64,000 nucleotides of DNA from positions 3,605 through 67,604 of IMG/VR virus record IMGVR_UViG_3300045391_001060, one strand, 5' to 3'. This document shows, piece after piece, positions 61,600-64,000 of this stretch. The DNA is from a virus (lineage: Duplodnaviria; Caudoviricetes). The position numbers and the translations under genes are program-made. The notes below the pieces were generated by a model. That model made no database searches, was not told the DNA's origin, and saw nothing but the letters and a program-made list of their open reading frames with translations. Positions within the stretch are counted from its first letter, which is position 1. Each line of letters starts with the position of its first letter.

Positions 61600-63194
61600 T
61601 CAACTTCTCCTCAGTCTATGAGCGGGCTCCGTTAAACTACAACGCCCCGCTCATAGATGCGCTGACGCCGGAACAAGCGAAGGAGTTCAAGAAGTACTCG
61701 GACACACTCGCTTCGTTCACCGAGGAGGAGTTGCTATTCCTCCGGTGGAGGATGCAGTGGAAGGCGATGGCGCGGGTCAAGCAGCTGCCCCCGCGCGAGT
61801 TCGCCGAGTTCGAGAAACAGATTTGGATGTGTCGCTCCGGTCGAGGCTGGGGCAAGACGCTGGTCGGATCCAACTGGCTGGGGATGGAAGCGGCGGCGTT
61901 CCCGAGCCAGTACTATGTAGTTGCGCCGACGAAGGATGACGTTCGCTATGTCTGCTTCGAGGGACCCACAGGACTTTACTCCGTCATACCCCCGAAACTC
62001 ATCGTCGACAAGAACCTTGCTCTACCAAGTATCACCCTGTGGAACGGTAGTAAGATCCGAGGTTTTGCAGGAGACACCCCAGAGCGCCTTAGAGGCCCTC
62101 AGGCAGCGGCTGGATGGCTTGACGAGATAGCTAGCTGGCTGTATCCTCAGGAAGCCTGGGACAACATCATGTTCGGCCTCCGCCTGGGTCCGCACCCGCG
62201 TCTGTTGGTTACCGGCACGCCTAAGCCCAGCCCATTCATTCGCGATCTCGTTGCGAATAAGGAGGTCATAAACGTAGTAGGCTCGACCTACGAGAACAAA
62301 GCTAACCTGCCCAAGATGTTCTTCATGTCGGTCGCCAAGTACGAGGGTACGAAGGTTGGTCGGCAGGAGTTACACGGGGAGGTTCTGGATCCAGAAGAAG
62401 AGGGATTTGTCAAGCGGTCGGAGTGGCGAGTCTGGCCAGCCGATCGTCCTTTGCCGAGGTTCGAGTACATCATACTCAGCCTCGATACCGCGTTCACGGA
62501 GAAGACGCACGACAAGAAAAAGCAGACTCGGGACCCAACGGCCTGTACTGTTTGGGGCCTTTTCGATAGGCCGGTCGCCAAACCCAACGGGCGAAAGAAA
62601 ACCGAGAAGCATATCATGTTGCTCGACGGTTGGGAAGACTGGCTGACTTTGCCACAGCTTATACGGAGAACCAAGAAGGCGAGACGGATACGGTATGGGA
62701 AGACAATCCATGATCCCCTGCTACGTCCGAAGATCGTCCCCATGGGGCAGAGGCCGGGTCCACAGGGTAAGAAGATAGATACCATCCTCATAGAGGAGAA
62801 GGGGAGTGGTATCTCCCTCATGCAAGCGCTCGCAGTGGAAGGTATCCTCGCCGAAGGCTATAATCCGCGCCGTCAAGACAAACTACAGCGGCTTCACTAC
62901 ATCTCTCCGCTGTGGGCGCACGGTCGGGTTTGGGCCGTCGAGAGCGAGAAGCGTAAGGGAGAATTCAAGCAGTGGGCAGAGCCGGTTGTTTCGCAGATCT
63001 GTACGTACACGGGGCCTGGCTCCGTGAAGCACGACGATCTGTTGGATACCACGACGCAGGCTCTGCGTCTTTTCATGGATAACTTCATTGGACCGCTCAC
63101 TGAAGACGAATCCCCTGACGAAGACGATGCGGCACGTCGTGCTCCGCGAGAGGACGATGATCCCCGCTCGAACCGGAACCCCTATGACACCTGA
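61578..63194 (+). CDS. terL: Terminase large subunit
   Basis: GRGWGKT, LRGPQ, WLDE, TGTP, SLDTA, IEEKGSG, HDDLLD. Confidence 0.92.
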   Translation: MESRSTVVNFSSVYERAPLNYNAPLIDALTPEQAKEFKKYSDTLASFTEEELLFLRWRMQWKAMARVKQLPPREFAEFEKQIWMCRSGRGWGKTLVGSNWLGMEAAAFPSQYYVVAPTKDDVRYVCFEGPTGLYSVIPPKLIVDKNLALPSITLWNGSKIRGFAGDTPERLRGPQAAAGWLDEIASWLYPQEAWDNIMFGLRLGPHPRLLVTGTPKPSPFIRDLVANKEVINVVGSTYENKANLPKMFFMSVAKYEGTKVGRQELHGEVLDPEEEGFVKRSEWRVWPADRPLPRFEYIILSLDTAFTEKTHDKKKQTRDPTACTVWGLFDRPVAKPNGRKKTEKHIMLLDGWEDWLTLPQLIRRTKKARRIRYGKTIHDPLLRPKIVPMGQRPGPQGKKIDTILIEEKGSGISLMQALAVEGILAEGYNPRRQDKLQRLHYISPLWAHGRVWAVESEKRKGEFKQWAEPVVSQICTYTGPGSVKHDDLLDTTTQALRLFMDNFIGPLTEDESPDEDDAARRAPREDDDPRSNRNPYDT

Positions 63195-63378
63195 CACGGT
63201 GAACGTCGAGTACACCTGTCACTATTGCGAAGCCAAGGGCCGCATTATGAAGGTTCCAACTCGTCCCGAGAACCAACCTGCACCCGAGTGGATCAACGGG
63301 GTTCTTGCACCGATTGTTCTAAAGGATCACGCGGACTTCAATTGTCCGTCGGATTGCTTCGATCTGAAGATCACTTAA
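63184..63378 (+). CDS. Small Zn-binding protein
   Basis: YTCHYC...H...C...C. Confidence 0.45.
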   Translation: MTPDTVNVEYTCHYCEAKGRIMKVPTRPENQPAPEWINGVLAPIVLKDHADFNCPSDCFDLKIT

Positions 63379-63387
63379 GGAGTTGAC

Positions 63388-64000
63388 ATGGTCGACCAGC
63401 TTAATCCCGATGCCGACCCCGACCGCGACGCTGGCACAGAGCCGGATGCGGACATCGACGATTCGAACATCGAGATGCAGGATGACGGGAGCGCGATCAT
63501 CACGCTGCACGCCGAGGAATCGGAGATCAGCGACGAGGAGGACTTCTACTCCAACATCGTCGACCAGTTCGAGGAGAACATGCTCGAAACGATGGGCATG
63601 CGACTCATCCAGGCCGTCGAGCGAGACAAGAAGGCTCGCAAGAAACGAGACGAGCAGTACGAGGAAGCGATCAAGCGCACGGGTCTCGGCAAAGAGGCCC
63701 CAGGCGGCGCGCAGTTCGAGGGGGCTTCGAGGGCGGTCCACCCGATGCTGCTCGAGGCCGCCTTGGACTTCGAGGCCCGTGCGATCCGCGAGCTGATGCC
63801 GCCGAACGGCCCGGTCAAGATGTTCGTGCCAGGCAAGGACCCCGACCCGAACCGCCTGGAGAAAGCCGAACGCAAGAAGGAGTTCATGAATTGGCAGCTG
63901 GTGTACCAGATGCCCGAGTTCCGCTCCGAGCTGGAACAACTCCTCACGCAGCTGCCTCTTGGCGGCGCGATGTATATGCGGCTCGTTCCGGACTTCTCCA
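63388..64000 (+). CDS. Portal protein, 3'-truncated (absent from the ORF track)
   Basis: ATG 63388 with RBS AAGGAG, open to the window end; FEGASRAVHPMLLEA..DFEARAIREL.PPNGPVK...MNWQL. Confidence 0.8.
   Translation, partial: MVDQLNPDADPDRDAGTEPDADIDDSNIEMQDDGSAIITLHAEESEISDEEDFYSNIVDQFEENMLETMGMRLIQAVERDKKARKKRDEQYEEAIKRTGLGKEAPGGAQFEGASRAVHPMLLEAALDFEARAIRELMPPNGPVKMFVPGKDPDPNRLEKAERKKEFMNWQLVYQMPEFRSELEQLLTQLPLGGAMYMRLVPDFS

Larger units (their letters stand above)
1..64000. mobile_element. Near-complete tailed dsDNA phage genome (podovirus-type architecture, probably lytic)
   Basis: Ordered terS-terL-portal / scaffold-capsid-tail-ejection modules, PolA replication module, lysis cassette; no tape measure, sheath or integrase seen. 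Confidence 0.95.

Noticed and set aside
1-64000. Stop-codon reassignment (TAG or TGA read-through), suggested by frequent TAG/CTAG
   Set aside because: Core genes are full length in the standard code, and capsid, primase and others end on TAG or TGA at sensible boundaries
1-64000. Prophage or temperate lifestyle
   Set aside because: No integrase, repressor-cro switch, partition genes or flanking host genes seen; the unsequenced gap appears to hold only portal and scaffold sequence

Overview
The window is an almost complete genome of a GC-rich, apparently lytic tailed dsDNA phage with podovirus-type morphogenesis. It opens inside the scaffold gene and ends inside the portal gene, so only the rest of the portal and the start of the scaffold seem to be missing. 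Layout: (+) head, tail, lysis and DNA-ejection genes at 1-27193; (-) recombination, replication and nucleotide-metabolism genes at 27216-44000; (+) a lone primase-polymerase/helicase at 44161-46263; (-) about 30 small early-type ORFs at 46832-57213; an AT-rich divergence point at about 57240-57570; (+) terS, inserted accessory genes, terL and portal at 57573-64000. I saw no integrase, RNA polymerase, tRNA, CRISPR array or reverse transcriptase. The main candidate systems are: (1) a nucleotide-modification locus with two thymidylate-synthase-fold genes, both with Asp where ThyA has Asn177 (the cytosine-type residue), plus two P-loop kinases, an all-alpha NTP pyrophosphatase, a deaminase and a UDG-fused PolA; (2) an x-(A/K/R/Q)-x-G-G motif repeated about 20 times in six late proteins, a candidate processing or sorting signal; (3) fibre-like and FN3-like proteins with Sec signal peptides, plus an exact Tat motif inside the giant ejection protein; (4) dispersed paralogous small HTH-like proteins and a repeated promoter-like 11-mer. 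All family assignments come from motifs recognised by eye, not from database searches.
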